A stretch of DNA of 64,000 bases, from contig OZ024743.1 of assembly GCA_964016885.1 (NCBI GenBank), positions 84,878,001 through 84,942,000 of the forward strand, written 5' to 3'. Positions 28,597 to 41,283 of the stretch are shown here, piece by piece. The position numbers and the translations under genes were made by a program. Each line of letters starts with the position of its first letter. Position 1 is the first letter of the stretch. The notes below the pieces were generated by a model, which made no database searches, had not been told where the DNA came from, and worked only from the letters and a program-made list of their open reading frames with translations. This DNA is from Eledone cirrhosa (lineage: Eukaryota).

Positions 28597-29232
28597 TGTA
28601 TATATATATACACACATATATATACACATATATATATATACATATATATACACATATATATATATACATATATATACACATATATATATATACATATATA
28701 TACACATATATATATACACATATATATACACATATACATATATATACACATATATATATACACATATACATATATATACACATATATATATACACATATA
28801 TATATACACATATATATATACACATATATATACACATATATATACACATATATATACACATATATATACACATATATATACACATATATACACACATATA
28901 TACACACATATATATATATATACACATATATATATATACACATATATATATATACACATATATATATATACACATATATATATATACACATATATATATA
29001 TATACACATATATATATACACATATATATATACACATATATATACACATATATATATATATATACACATATATATATACACATATATATATACACATATA
29101 TATATACACATATATATATATATACACATATATATATATACACATATATATATATATACACATATATATATATATATACACATATATATAAGACCCGTCC
29201 CACCCTTGCAAGCAGGGAAAAGCGGACGTAAA

Positions 29233-29264
<32 letters not shown>

Positions 29265-29560
29265 ACACATATATATATATATACACATATATATATATAT
29301 ACACATATATATATATATATACACACATATATATATATATACACACATATATATATATATACACACATATATATATATATACACACATATATATATATAC
29401 ACATATATATATACACATATATATATATATACACATATATATATATATATACACATACATATACACATACACATATATATATATATACACATACATATAT
29501 ATATATATACACATACATATATATATATATACACATACATACACATACATATATATATAT

Positions 29561-29607
<47 letters not shown>

Positions 29608-29612
29608 TATGT
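28597..29612. repeat. TACACA(TA)n microsatellite with a SINE 3' stub at 29192-29263
   Basis: Direct inspection. Confidence 0.95.
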
Positions 29613-29614
29613 GT

Positions 29615-29725
29615 ATGTTTAATATAGAAATGGCTTCTACATGACTAGAATTGTTTCATTCAAAAGATTATTTCTTGTGAATGTAACAGTTCTAGCCCTG
29701 TAGAAGCCACTTCTATATTAAACAT
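29615..29725. repeat. Imperfect fold-back palindrome of about 110 nt
   Basis: ATGTTTAATATAGAAATGGCTTCTACA pairs with TGTAGAAGCCACTTCTATATTAAACAT; pairing continues to a short loop. Confidence 0.9.
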
Positions 29726-30434
29726 TGTTTATACTCTACTAATGTAATGAGTACCTTACTTACTGTGGTTACCTCCGATTGAACTTAGGACACACGCCGA
29801 GGTTAACTTTGCCTTTCATCCTTACGGGGTCGATAAAATAAAGTACCAGTAATGTACTGAGTATTTGCTGGCCTTGTGCCAATAGTAGAAACAATTATAT
29901 ATATATATATATATTTATGTATGTATATATGGGTGTTTTAAATAGCAGTGTACACAAAACGCTTAAACAAACTAAATGAACACCCAATACATGTGAGCAA
30001 ACTAAGATGCATTTTCTTAAGAAAAGAAATGGCAGTGACTACGAAGTTTCACCAAATCCCTCTTCTGACTGTATGTATATATCTATATCTATATATACAC
30101 ACACACATACGTAGACCATATAGCATTGTTGTTTAAAATATCAGCCTTCCAAGCTCCACCAGAATCAGCCAAAGTAATTCAATAATTTCTAACAGAACAA
30201 GTATTCCTTCTCCCTGTTTCTCTTCATCAAAAAACAACCAGGAGAGGAGAATAAGGAAATATTTGAAAATGCAATGGAATTCTCTCCTGGCTGCTGTTTT
30301 GTGGAAAGACCAGCACTGATGATGTTGGAACAATAAACACGAGAGGAGCAGGCTAAATAAACTAACATCGAAATGGAATTCAGACATTTATGAAATGATA
30401 GGTATATACGCAAGGATATATAATTATCGCAGAC

Positions 30435-30514
30435 TTAGTAAGAGTGATGAAATATATATGATGATCCTGTTATAAACAGGCGAAACTCCAGAGTAACAAA
30501 ACTCACTAATAAAA
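30435..30514 (+). ncRNA. Degenerate type I hammerhead ribozyme
   Basis: (a)TGATGA-t-CCTGTT ata AACAGG-c-GAAACTC ca GAGTA, followed by AATAAA; C3 lost and proximal stem I eroded. Confidence 0.65.
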
Positions 30515-30517
30515 TGA

Positions 30518-30611
<94 letters not shown>

Positions 30612-30994
30612 ATATATATATTTATATATATGTATGTGTATAATTAGACATGAATCGGACATCGCCCGTTAGCCATTTACACTTCAGGTAGGGGAGCGGA
30701 TTGTTTTCAGAATATATTTAGATTATAATTGTTTAATAAAGATAAGCACACACGCCTACCTTAACAGTCAGACACACACATATATATATAAATAAATATA
30801 AAAGTGTCAGTTGTGTACATGTAAAAAAACAACAACCCCTCCCCAGATGGACTATATGTGTGTGTGAGTGAGTGTATATATTTATATATAAGATCTCACA
30901 AGTAAAAGACTAAATAAATCAGTTCCGGCCACGTGTGAATAGAAGATACAACCAAAACACCAAAACAATTTCCTCAAAACACAAAGCAGGACAA

Positions 30995-31380
30995 TTGTGT
31001 AGTATATTTAGTAATTATAGTTCTAATACTAACAGAGTGGTATATTAGTAATAATAACAAGTGTGGTATATTAATAGTTGTAGTAATAACAACGATCATG
31101 TGGTAGATGAAGTTATAATAACGTGGTATATTAGTAATTATAACAACCACAGTAGTCAGGTATATTAACAGATAGTAATAACCGCAATAGTTTGATTTAT
31201 TAGTAATAGTAATAATAATTGTGTGGTGTATTAAGTTATAGTAACAACAACAAATGGCATATGAAGTTATAACAACAATGTGGTATATTAGTAGATATAA
31301 TAATAACAAGTGTGCTATCTTAGTAGTTGTAGTAATAACAATAGTATGGCATACGAAGTTATAGTAATGACAACAATAGT
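30995..31380. repeat. Degenerate minisatellite (GTGGTATATTAGTAATAATAACAA-like)
   Basis: Recurrent motif with variable spacing. Confidence 0.75.
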
Positions 31381-32509
31381 CAGTGGCGGGGGCGGTTACC
31401 AAACCTTATTCGGACTGGCTTCTTTTATAATCTAAATTAACCCTTAATACCCTGTAATGATTTAGCAGAAAAAAAGATCTAGAAATGGCTTTCTTAATTC
31501 AAATGGTTATAGTATCTTCACTATTGGAAAAATCATTGTGAACATTTGCATTATTAGAGTAATGTGATTTCATGTGGTACAATGATATTAAAAACATGGG
31601 AATGTAGTATAGAAATTATCTTTCCGGCAACACACACATTATATGTATATATATATATATATGTATATGTATATATATATAATGATATATACACATCACA
31701 CTCCGAGGATGGTTTTTACAATTTTCAAACAGTGAACATCTTGAGAAGAACATACAACTAATTTACAATAAGAATTTAAAAGCAAAACTCAATCTTAATT
31801 GGATTAATGATTAGAATCAATGCCTTTTAAAAATTTAAACTGGATTATATTTATCCTTATTACCAACACACTATCTGAGTGTATTAGATATATATACTAA
31901 CAAACACGGACACTATATACAAGCGAAGTTTTTGTCCCTAACCGACCTTCATAACTTCTTCGGGGTTTTGTTTCCCCACAAAATGTATTTGCGATATCTA
32001 CATTTTGGAAAAACTTGGTGGTGGTTGGGGGGGGGGATTTGAGATTTTTTCATCGCATTGCTTAAATAATCAAATGTTCCCATAAGTTAAAAAATAAAAT
32101 ATTTATTCTGAAACATGGAAGACTTTTGTATAAAAGGGACTAAAGATATTAGATACACGGAACTCATGTTTCTCACATACACAAATATATATAATGTCAA
32201 CAATAGGTTCCATGAAGTGTAATGGGTTCCTCTTTTTGGAACACTACAAACCAAATGATTTGAACAGATACAAACCAGATGGAGGAGGTTGTGACATTCA
32301 TGGCTTTCACAAGAACTTCAACGATGCAAGTTGAAGAATATTGTTAACTAGAGATCGAAATCGTATGACAGATAATATCAGACGTTAATATAATTTCTTT
32401 TCCCTCTATCAGATAAGGAAAAATAATAACTTTAACAAATGGATCGACGAGGGATCGAGATTTGTGTGGATGCATATATATATAGTCTTTATTATGGCTA
32501 AGTGGTGAG

Positions 32510-32558
32510 TCTTGTTACTCTGGGGTTTCACTTGTGAACTCAGGATCATCAAACAAGA
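32510..32558 (-). ncRNA. Hammerhead ribozyme relic inside a 140-nt palindrome
   Basis: Minus strand TCTTGT-TTGATGA-tcctgagttcacaagt-GAAAC-cccaga-GTA-ACAAGA; 6-bp stem I, C3 changed to T; same family as 30459. Confidence 0.7.
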
Positions 32559-34030
32559 TAATTCTGAGAGTTCATAAGTGAAAACTCCCGAATAACAAGA
32601 CTCATCACTTAGCCATAATAAAGAATATTTGTTAACTCCACTTCGGTATTGAGCACTCATTCTCGCATCAGATATTATATATATATATCGACTGATATAC
32701 ACTACATCACAATGGCAAATGATCCATGAAATAAAAATCGTATTTTAGAAATCTATGATAAAACTGAAACATGAAATAAGATTTTCAAAAAAAGCAATGA
32801 AGTATGAAAGATGTGTATGTAAAATATTTAGACCAGAATTGGATTAACAAAAATAACAACAAAAAAAAGTCCCCAGAAAACAGCACCCCCACCCCCACCG
32901 GTTGGGAGGGAAAACATTTGGGTGTGCGCGCCAGTGTGAATGTGAATAAGGGTCTACACAGATCCCTTAACTATAAACATTTACATGTGGGAAATCTCCA
33001 GTGGTAAAGTTGAATGTTCCCATAAGGAAAATAAATAGTCTAATTAGTGATTAAAAGGTGGTGTTAATTAGTGATTGTATGTATAATTATGAGATATCAA
33101 AGTTGTGTTTATACAAGTTGCATGTGTTTGAAACCACAACAGAACCCTATATATTCTATGCGGTTCCATGTATGATCCTTTTCATAAACTTCATATGAAG
33201 CAGGAATTGATATAAAAAAAAAGAACTTTAAAACTGCGTACCTCACCAATAAATATATTAAAATTGAAACGTGTGAAATATATATGTAAAGAATGGTATT
33301 AAATGTACATGAAAGGAGGTTTGGCTATTTATTTCTGCCCATCTGAAGTGTGTGGATAAAATGTTAGAAAGTAGTGGGATGGAGAGAAGTTGGTGTGTGT
33401 GTGTGATTTATGGACGATTAGGCGCCAGTTCGATGGGTAGTGGAGACAATTCAGGATGTCCCATGATATAGAAGGAAATAATCAGATATATACATACATA
33501 GATGTGTGTTTATATATCATTTGATCTCTAGTGTATAGAGCTGACTGTCCATAGACAGTAAAGTGAAAAAAGAAATGGAGAAATAAAATAAAAAAGTATC
33601 GATCGTTATATGAAACAGATCCACATATTTAAAAGGAAATATTAAAAGCCAAAAGAAAAAAAGAGCAGAAGAAATATCCTATGTGAAAAACTAGAGAGAG
33701 ACCCTCCCTGCTAAACACGGAAAAACTAGTGAGAGAAACGTAGAAAAATAAACACCGCTAAATTCTAGATGATTTTTAGGGATCTAAAAGAACAGAATTG
33801 AAAGGTTTGAAATATGAGACGGGTAAATAAAACAAAAAAGAGTAAGTAATTAAGTTTAAAAAAAAAAGGATTATGTCTATTCTGATGTAAAATATAAACT
33901 AAAAGCAACAAGAAAAAAAGCACGACATCCAATTTTGCCACTTGCCAGAGAGGTGGAGGAAGGCAGTGACCTAATTTGCATACGATTTACGCTAAACTTA
34001 TCTCCGTCGAAGTAACAAATTACAACTTAC

Positions 34031-34058
34031 CTGGGCTGCTTGAATCGCTGCCACCGAG
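34031..34058 (-). CDS. MIER1: MIER-family coding exon 2, 28-nt microexon (LGGSDSSSP+G)
   Basis: Polypyrimidine tract with TTTCAG acceptor and CAG|GTAAGT donor. SSSP matches MIER1 N-terminal ESSSPG. Phase 0 in, phase 1 out. Confidence 0.85.
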
Positions 34059-34371
34059 CTGAAATGAAAAGAAAAAGAATTCAGTAGAGAAAGCATCGAC
34101 TTGTGAAAAGTGTCAAAATATAAGCAAAGCTAGAGCGAGCACTAAACTTAAAAGTGGACGATTCTCAGTCAATGTCAAAGCAGTGGCTAGAACCAAGAAT
34201 CCCACAAGAGATTATTCAATTTAGTTGGATTCATATTGCCTCGATTGGGCTTCTAAGTGGATTAGAAAACATATAAGATTCTTAGGGATCGTTGAAGGTA
34301 ATCTGAGGGAAATTAGGCAAACTTTTAAGGATAAAAGTGAGAAATTCCAATAAACATCATTGAATACTAAC

Positions 34372-34386
34372 GTTGCCTTCCGCCAT
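34372..34386 (-). CDS. MIER1: MIER-family transcriptional corepressor, coding exon 1 (MAEGN)
   Basis: Minus strand reads AAA ATG GCG GAA GGC AAC then donor GTTAGT. Phase 0 joins exon 2 in frame. MAE start matches vertebrate MIER1. An in-frame upstream ATG exists at 34392. Confidence 0.75.
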
Positions 34387-34392
34387 TTTCAT

Positions 34393-34840
34393 TATAAATT
34401 ATGGGTTAGGTAAACTACGATTCAGATTGAGGCTTATAAAATGGAGGGACTTTCCAAACTTCGCTGAGACAGCAGATTTCATTGGTCGATTGGTTTGCTC
34501 AATACAACCTCTAATGATATATTTTCGTTGAAAATATCCTAAAATTGCTAAAATTTAGAAAACTGAAAAACTTCTTCCATCCCAAGTTCAATGGCAGTAA
34601 CATTTATTTGAATTGATAAACCAGGAATATAGACGAAAACAACATAATTGAACAGCACACATGAATTTACTGTCGACCAATCAGAATTGACTTGTGATCA
34701 CGCACTGCGTATCTCATAGCAACTCTTGTCTACAAGAGATTGTCTTCAAAGATTTTTCAATAACCAACAAGCTTCAGAATTTTTACATAAAATAACTTCT
34801 TATCGCACCAAAGATATCTTCACTCATTAAATTGCTCAAG
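34393..34840. promoter_or_regulatory. Bidirectional promoter and 5'UTRs of MIER and DNAI4
   Basis: About 450 bp of repeat-free DNA between divergent ATGs. ATTGG at 34481 and 34489, CCAAT at 34677, GGGACTTTCC at 34446, and YY1-like CCGCCATTTT over the MIER start codon. Confidence 0.75.
34709..34723. promoter_or_regulatory. RFX X-box
   Basis: GTATCT-CAT-AGCAAC fits GTHNYY-N(1-3)-RRNAAC, about 120 bp upstream of a ciliary dynein gene ATG. Confidence 0.7.
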
Positions 34841-34875
34841 ATGGACCAAAGATCGTTCAAAGGTCAGCTACATCG
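34841..34875 (+). CDS. DNAI4: DNAI4/WDR78-like coding exon 1 (MDQRSFKGQLH+CG)
   Basis: AAG ATG G start, CG|GTATGT donor, phase 2 compatible with the exon at 41284; lies downstream of an X-box. Confidence 0.65.
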
Positions 34876-35744
34876 GTATGTTCATCTGAGATTTTATTAG
34901 AATTTCAAGAATAAGTTTTCTCAATTTTAGGAGAGGTATCAAAGATATTTTCACTTTATTCTGATATTTTACAATTAAATAAAGTTTTCTAAAAGTATGT
35001 TTCTAATCCTCAGAATAGCTGTCTTAAAATTTAATTTCCTCTCCTTAAAAAAATTGAAGTTTTCCAAATGTTGCAGAGGCAAATTCTACATAGAAATATA
35101 TAATAAATTTGGAAATCTGTGTTGCAGGATGAGCAATAAAAAAAAAAAACAGAATGAAATTGTATTTGTGTAATATTAGAACTGATTATTAGTAGGAGCT
35201 TCTGTACCATGTGCCCGAAACACCTTTATTATATACCCTGGTATAAATCTTTTCTCAATATCTCCAAGAGCTCCATGATCTTTGCAGGAATAGCCTGACT
35301 GGTGAAGAAGTTATTCAAATAAGATTTCAATTTAGGCAATCACCACCACCACTGCCATCATCATCATCTTCATTTTATGTCCATTTTCCATGCTGCCACG
35401 AGTTGAATGGATTGTCAAGGTCTGAGACTAGATGGGTCAGAGAACCATGTCTTGCATATAAGTTCCATATTTGGCATAGTTTCTACAGCAGGATGCCTTT
35501 CCTAATGGCAACTACTTTACATTTTATTGTGGTAACAACACTACCACTTTACAGAATGTACTGTGTGTATTTTATCTTTGTACCAGTGCTGCCACTTACA
35601 GATTGGGAGTGCCATGCTCCAATACAGAAATGTTGGAGAGTGAAAATAGGTGACAGTAATATAACTAGAGGGGGGGGGGGGGGGGCTTTACTTATTTTTG
35701 TTATAAGTCAACAAAATTAAATAAATACTTACCTATGGTCATGA

Positions 35745-36130
35745 ATCTTCTGTAATGACTGAAATATGATTGCGAATGCGAGCGGTTGAAATATAGTTCC
35801 TCTGAAGGGTCTTTGAAGTAATGCTACTTGATAGAGTATATAACTTAGAAATCAGAGAGTCACTCAAGGTAGAGCCGCTACTTCTTCGAATTGAGAAATC
35901 CCAGTTCTGATACTATGAGCTTGTGGTTAGAATGTCTCAGCAAAGAACCGCTGGACAGATTTTATGGGCAAAACCAACTAGCAGGAGACCCAAGGGTAGA
36001 CCTCAAACAAGATGGTTGGATAACATCTATGAACTCGGCTGGTCTCATTTGGGGATCAAGCTGGATCAGTTGGAGACAGTTGCTTCCGACAGGACCCGCT
36101 GGAAGGAGTGTTTGAAGGCTCTGTCTCCCA
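35745..36130 (+). mobile_element. Expander/Rex3-like RTE 3' fragment
   Basis: EIRESLKVEPLLLRIE...ILWAKPTSRRPKGRPQTRWLDNI. Confidence 0.8.
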
Positions 36131-38223
36131 AGAATAGGTGGGCAAAGAAGAAGACTAAACGCTTCCAGAAGCCACTCCTTGGTTCTATGATATAAAACTG
36201 TTTTAAAGTGTTTATATTTATCTACAAACTTTCCATCATAATTTTATGTAAGAATCTTTGTTAAGTTATGCTCCAAATACCAGCTTAATAATGAGAAAGT
36301 TATATTACTAAATCTCTCTAAATTCTTGCCCTGATGACACTTATTGGGGCAGAACTTTCAGGTGTGTTGTGTGGGGTTGTATATCTGGTGGACTGGGTGG
36401 GGTGGAGTGAGTGTATTGGAGCATGGCACTTCCAAGGACCTCTTTGGCTGGCACACACTCTAGCTATACCACTAAGAGGAGGTGTTGGGTAGGTATGAGA
36501 GAATAGGTATGTATGAGGGGAGTGGTGGAGTGAAACTGTAATGTGTGAGAAATGTATGGAGGTACATGAAGATAAAGAGTAAGGGTGGAGGAGCAAAATA
36601 TGACATCCTGGGGAAGGGTTTGGCACTGAGTATGGGATAGACAGGTGATGGGTGGGTTTGTGGTGGTAATAATGGAAGAAGAGGTTGTTATTGTGATGGG
36701 AGGGGTGGTTGGTGGTGGTAGTGGATATGATTGGCGGAATATTGATGGTGATAGGAAGGTTTAGCAGATAGCGCTGTAGAAATATGGGCCATACGAGTTG
36801 TCTCACTCATCCCAATGAACAGATCATCTATGTCATGTCTTTTTTGGTCTTTCTTGGTCTATTCCTTTACCACTTTTACAGGTCCCATCCCATTTTGAGC
36901 GCCCTTCACTTCTTTTTACAGCTGTCATCTTCCATATGCCTCACATATATGTACCAGTGCAGTCTTCTCATTCCTATTATGCCTAGTTTTTTCTTATTAT
37001 TTATCACTATGTTGTTTACTGATCTGTGAAAATCTTACCTTAGTTTAGTTATATGTACAATCTTCTACAACTATATGCCACACTTCATCATCATCATTGT
37101 TCCTGCATCCTTTCTAGCCTTGCCAGGGATGTTACAATGTCACTCACTCACTTTAATGCCACCTTCCTTTCTCATTTCTTTTCCTTTGCAAACCACTTCC
37201 CCCTCTCATACCCCTCCCTTGACAAGCAACATGTATCTTGTCCTAGCCAACCATGCTCTCATGTTCTCCACTCCCATTGCTGTCATCCCAGCCTGGCTGA
37301 GGATGATACAATGGGCACCTTAGTGTCGATAAGTGGTAGTGTTGGTGCCACAATAAAATTGTTCCCAGCCCTCTCTATAGAGTGTTAGTGCTGGTGTCAC
37401 AATAAAAATGCATCCAGTTCACCCTTTTGGGTGGTAGTGTTGGTGCCATGATAGAACATACTTGATATATGGCGTGGGACTATGCCAGTGGAGGCCATGT
37501 CAGAATGAAACATGAGTGAGACACAATTATCTGACCTGTCTAATCTCAGTATAGAACCCGTCTTACTCATGCAAGTGCCTTGAGGAAACGTAGGAACCTA
37601 CTTTTGCATCTCACCTTGAGTCTGGACTGAATCTCCGTTTTATGTCCAGCCAAAAAATATAGAGAGTCTCTCACACAATCTTAGCACATCCACACAGTAC
37701 TGCGTCCTGATGAAAGAGGGCGCAAATGGCCCGCAAACTCTGCTGTGACATCACTGGCCCCTTGCTTCCAGCAAGACCTCCCCTGCACTTTTGGCACCCT
37801 AGCCCCACAGTAAGCATAGAAAATAGATGACATACACTTCCATGACATGTCGCTTGCGCTCACACAGTGCTGGTGCCATGACAAAAATCATGCAATCCAT
37901 TCTTTAAGGTGGTAGTGCTGATTCCATGAAAAAAAAGCTCCCAGAACATGTTGGAATGTGGTTGGTATTAGGAAGGGCATCCAACTGTAGCAAACCAAGT
38001 CATAAACAAAGTATATGAGCAAGATGTGGTCACCTGACATGTCTTGTCTTAAAGCATAACAGCCCATCTAACCCATGCAAACATAGAAAATAGATGTTAA
38101 ACTGAAGATGATGTTGATGAATGGTTTTAATAAGTCTTTTCCGCATATTTGTTACCTCTCTCATATAACTTCTTCCTTTGCCCTTAGTGTCTTACCATTT
38201 TCTTTATCATATTTCTAATGAAA

Positions 38224-38570
38224 AGGTGGCGAATTAACAGAGTCGTTAGAACGCCGGATACAATGCTTTGTGGTATTCCTTTCAGCTCTCTGCTTTCTGA
38301 GTTCAAATTCCACTGAGGTCAACTTTGTCTTCCATCCATTTGAGGTTGATAAAAAAGTACCAGTCTAGTACTGGGGTTGATTCTTCCTCTATGTCTCTTT
38401 CTAACTTCCATTCTCACACTTTCTATCCTTCTTTGGAAGAAATTTGTTGTATTCAGAGTTGGAGAAGGATGGGCTCCTCCAGGTTTAAAAATGCCCTAGA
38501 CACACTGTATGTCAACACAACGCCCCTACGACTCCATCAAGTATTACGGGACCATGCATGCATTTCTAAT
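38224..38570 (+). mobile_element. SINE family 3 with extended 3' region
   Basis: GGTGGCGAATTAACAGAGTCGTTAG head, GAGTTCAAATTCC B box, Deu/Nin-type core; extension shared with 62876-63190. Confidence 0.78.
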
Positions 38571-38939
38571 AAAAGACACAGTTTATGATTTTAAAAGCAT
38601 TTTGAAAATTTCCAAAAATTTGGAGGTAACTTACTCATTAAACTACTACTAACATTGTCTAAAAATGAGTTTGTTAATTCAAATATTTATATCTTTACTA
38701 GTAGATAGATCATTGGGAAAATTTGCATTAGACTATAGTAAAGGCTTCAATTGTTAATGCGATGCAATCATAGTGTTGTTTTGTACTTTTCAAGAATATC
38801 TGGTTAATGCAGTTTCATGTGGTACAGGAAGTTAAGTGTTTAGTTGTTATTTAGAGCATAACTTAACAAAGATCCATACATAAAATTATGATGGAAGGTT
38901 TTTAAACACTTTAAAACAGGCAGTTTTATATCATAGTTT

Positions 38940-39596
38940 TGTGTAATAGTAATGTGTGCAAAAGGCGAAGCATAAACGAATTAGGAGAGAGACTAAGCAT
39001 AAGAGGTATCAAATGTTGTGTTCTGGAGAGGAGATTGCATTGGTATGGACATGTGATGCGTATGAAGGATGACAGCTGTATAAAAAAGTGCAGGGCAATG
39101 AAAATTGATCAAAGCTACGAAGTGGGTAGACCAAGAAAAACCTGGGACAAGGTGATAAAAACTGACCTTGCTCACCTATACCTCTCTAAGACAATGACAC
39201 TGGATCGAGACCTTTGGCGCCATGTAGTTGTACAGAAGACTTGACTGCTATTGCATACAAACCTACAGTCAGTAGGCACCTCTTAACCCAATGTACACCC
39301 CACCCCCACACCTTACTCCATCCTCCCTCTCCCGTTTCGTTTACTGTGTCGATGACACAACAGTCTACACTGTAAGGTGGCCGAGTAGGAGACACAGTGA
39401 AAAGGTTCCCAGTCCACACTGTAAATGTTGGTATTAGGAAGGGCATCCAGCTGTAAAAAACCTGCCAGAGATGCTGCCGTGCGAGTGAGACATGGTCTCC
39501 CAACCATTCCCGCATCAAATGGAACAAAACCATCAAACCCATGCTAGCGTGGAAGATGGACATTAAACGATAATGATGATGATGATGTTGATGATG
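38940..39596 (+). mobile_element. RTE LINE 3' fragment, diverged
   Basis: ORF 38939-39244 [12 protein letters not shown]...GRPRKTW, 3'UTR and (GAT)n. Confidence 0.9.
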
Positions 39597-39919
39597 AATT
39601 GGAATGGTTTGGTATCAAAAGGGTTAATATTAACGTTGGTTTAATTTTGTTGACCTATATCAAAAACAAATAAATAAAACAAGGAAAAAAAAAACGAAAA
39701 AACAAAAACAAAACAATATTAATAATGATTTCCAATTTAAGAATAAGACCAATAATTTGTGGTGAGGAAAAAAATTTACCTTAATGCGTGACTGGAACTT
39801 TATTTATTGACCCTGGAAAGTTTAACCTTAACGGGGTTTGAACTCAGAATATAAAGAGCCTGAACTAAATGCTGCAATGCATTTTATGAGATGCTCTAAT
39901 GGTTCTGCCAATCCACCAC

Positions 39920-40830
39920 CATTATCTTCTTTGCTCACTTATTTCTGAGAGGGTTGTGGGGGCAGAGTCTCCAAACACTTCTTCCAGCAAGTCCTGTCAG
40001 AAGCAACCATTTCCAACTAATCTGGCTGGATCCCCAAGTGAGACCAGCCAAGTTCATGGATGTTATCCAACCATCTTGCTTGGGGTCTACCCTTGGGTCT
40101 CTTGCTGGTTGGTTTTGCCCATAAAATTTTCCCAGCAATTCTTTCCTGAGACATTCTGACCACTTGCTCATAGTATCAGAGCTGTGATCTCTCTTAATTT
40201 GAAGAAGTAGCCGCTATACTTGAAGTGACTCCCTGATCTCTGAGCTATGCACTCTATCAAGTAACGTTACTCCAAAGACCCTTCAGAGGAAATCCATTTC
40301 AGCTGCTTGTATTCGTGATTGTATTCTTTCGCTTATTACCCAAAATTCATGACCATAAGTAAGGATTGGCACAAATACCGAATTGAAGATAGCGAGTTTG
40401 GCTTTTACACCTACCTCCCTTCTTCTGATTACCGAATGCTGAAGTTGGCACATTAATGGACCATCTCCTGTAATTCCTGCACTTAATTCAGCCTCCTGCC
40501 TTCCATCACTTGTCACACAGCCCTGAGATACTTGAACTTCTCTATCTGCTTCAGTGGAACTCCACATATAAAGTGCACTGCGCAGGTGTCCTTGAGAGGA
40601 CGAGTGTCTCAGTTTTCGTAGCATTAATTTTCATTCCAGCTGTGAAGCAATCAGCATCAAATCTATCAAGTGCAAGTTGGAGATCACCTTCTGTCAAGTT
40701 AAGTAATACGATGTTGTCTGCAACTTCCAACCAACTGATTATACATCTACCAGTCATGATATCACTTCCAACCCAACTGCACATGTCAATCCTGCTCATA
40801 AAAATAATGTACAGGAGAGATGACAGTATG
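39920..40830 (-). mobile_element. Expander/Rex3-like RTE fragment
   Basis: LLYIIFM...ADNIVLL...GMKINATKTE...VFVPILTYGHEFWV...IQAAEMDFL. Confidence 0.85.
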
Positions 40831-41283
40831 ACCGCCATTATACAAACAATATAAATAACAATAGTAACTTTTAAGGACATGACTTTCCAATTTTTCTTCA
40901 TTTTATAAAGGGGTTCTAACCACAAAATAGTATGAAATAAAGGGTAAAAATTATTGTTGTATTTTGTCATTCTTACTTTACTTACTCTGTGGATTGTGGA
41001 TTGGCAGCATCAGTAGAGTGCTGGACAACATGCTTTGCAACATATAATTACAGTCCTTTTATGTTCTGAGTTCAAATCCTGTCCTGGTCAACATTGCATT
41101 TCATCCTTACGGTCTCAATAAAATAAAGTTACCAGTAACACATCAAACTTGCTGGCCTTGTGTTAAATGTTGAAACAATTCTTACTTTACTCTACTCTAG
41201 TTCTACCATTATCAACGTACCTAATACATTCCCAATTATCTTTTATTTATTCTGGTTTCTTTCATTTTGGCATTGAATTCCAG

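Noticed and set aside
1363-29622. Dozens of long Y/I/H/T or Y/I/C/M/V ORFs
   Set aside because: Stop-free translations of TA/CA microsatellites, open in multiple frames on both strands; not genes.
37704-37750. GTC-CTGATGA...GGGC/GCCC-GCAAAC...GAC hammerhead-like motif
   Set aside because: GAAA box disrupted and no clear NUH triplet; too degenerate to call.
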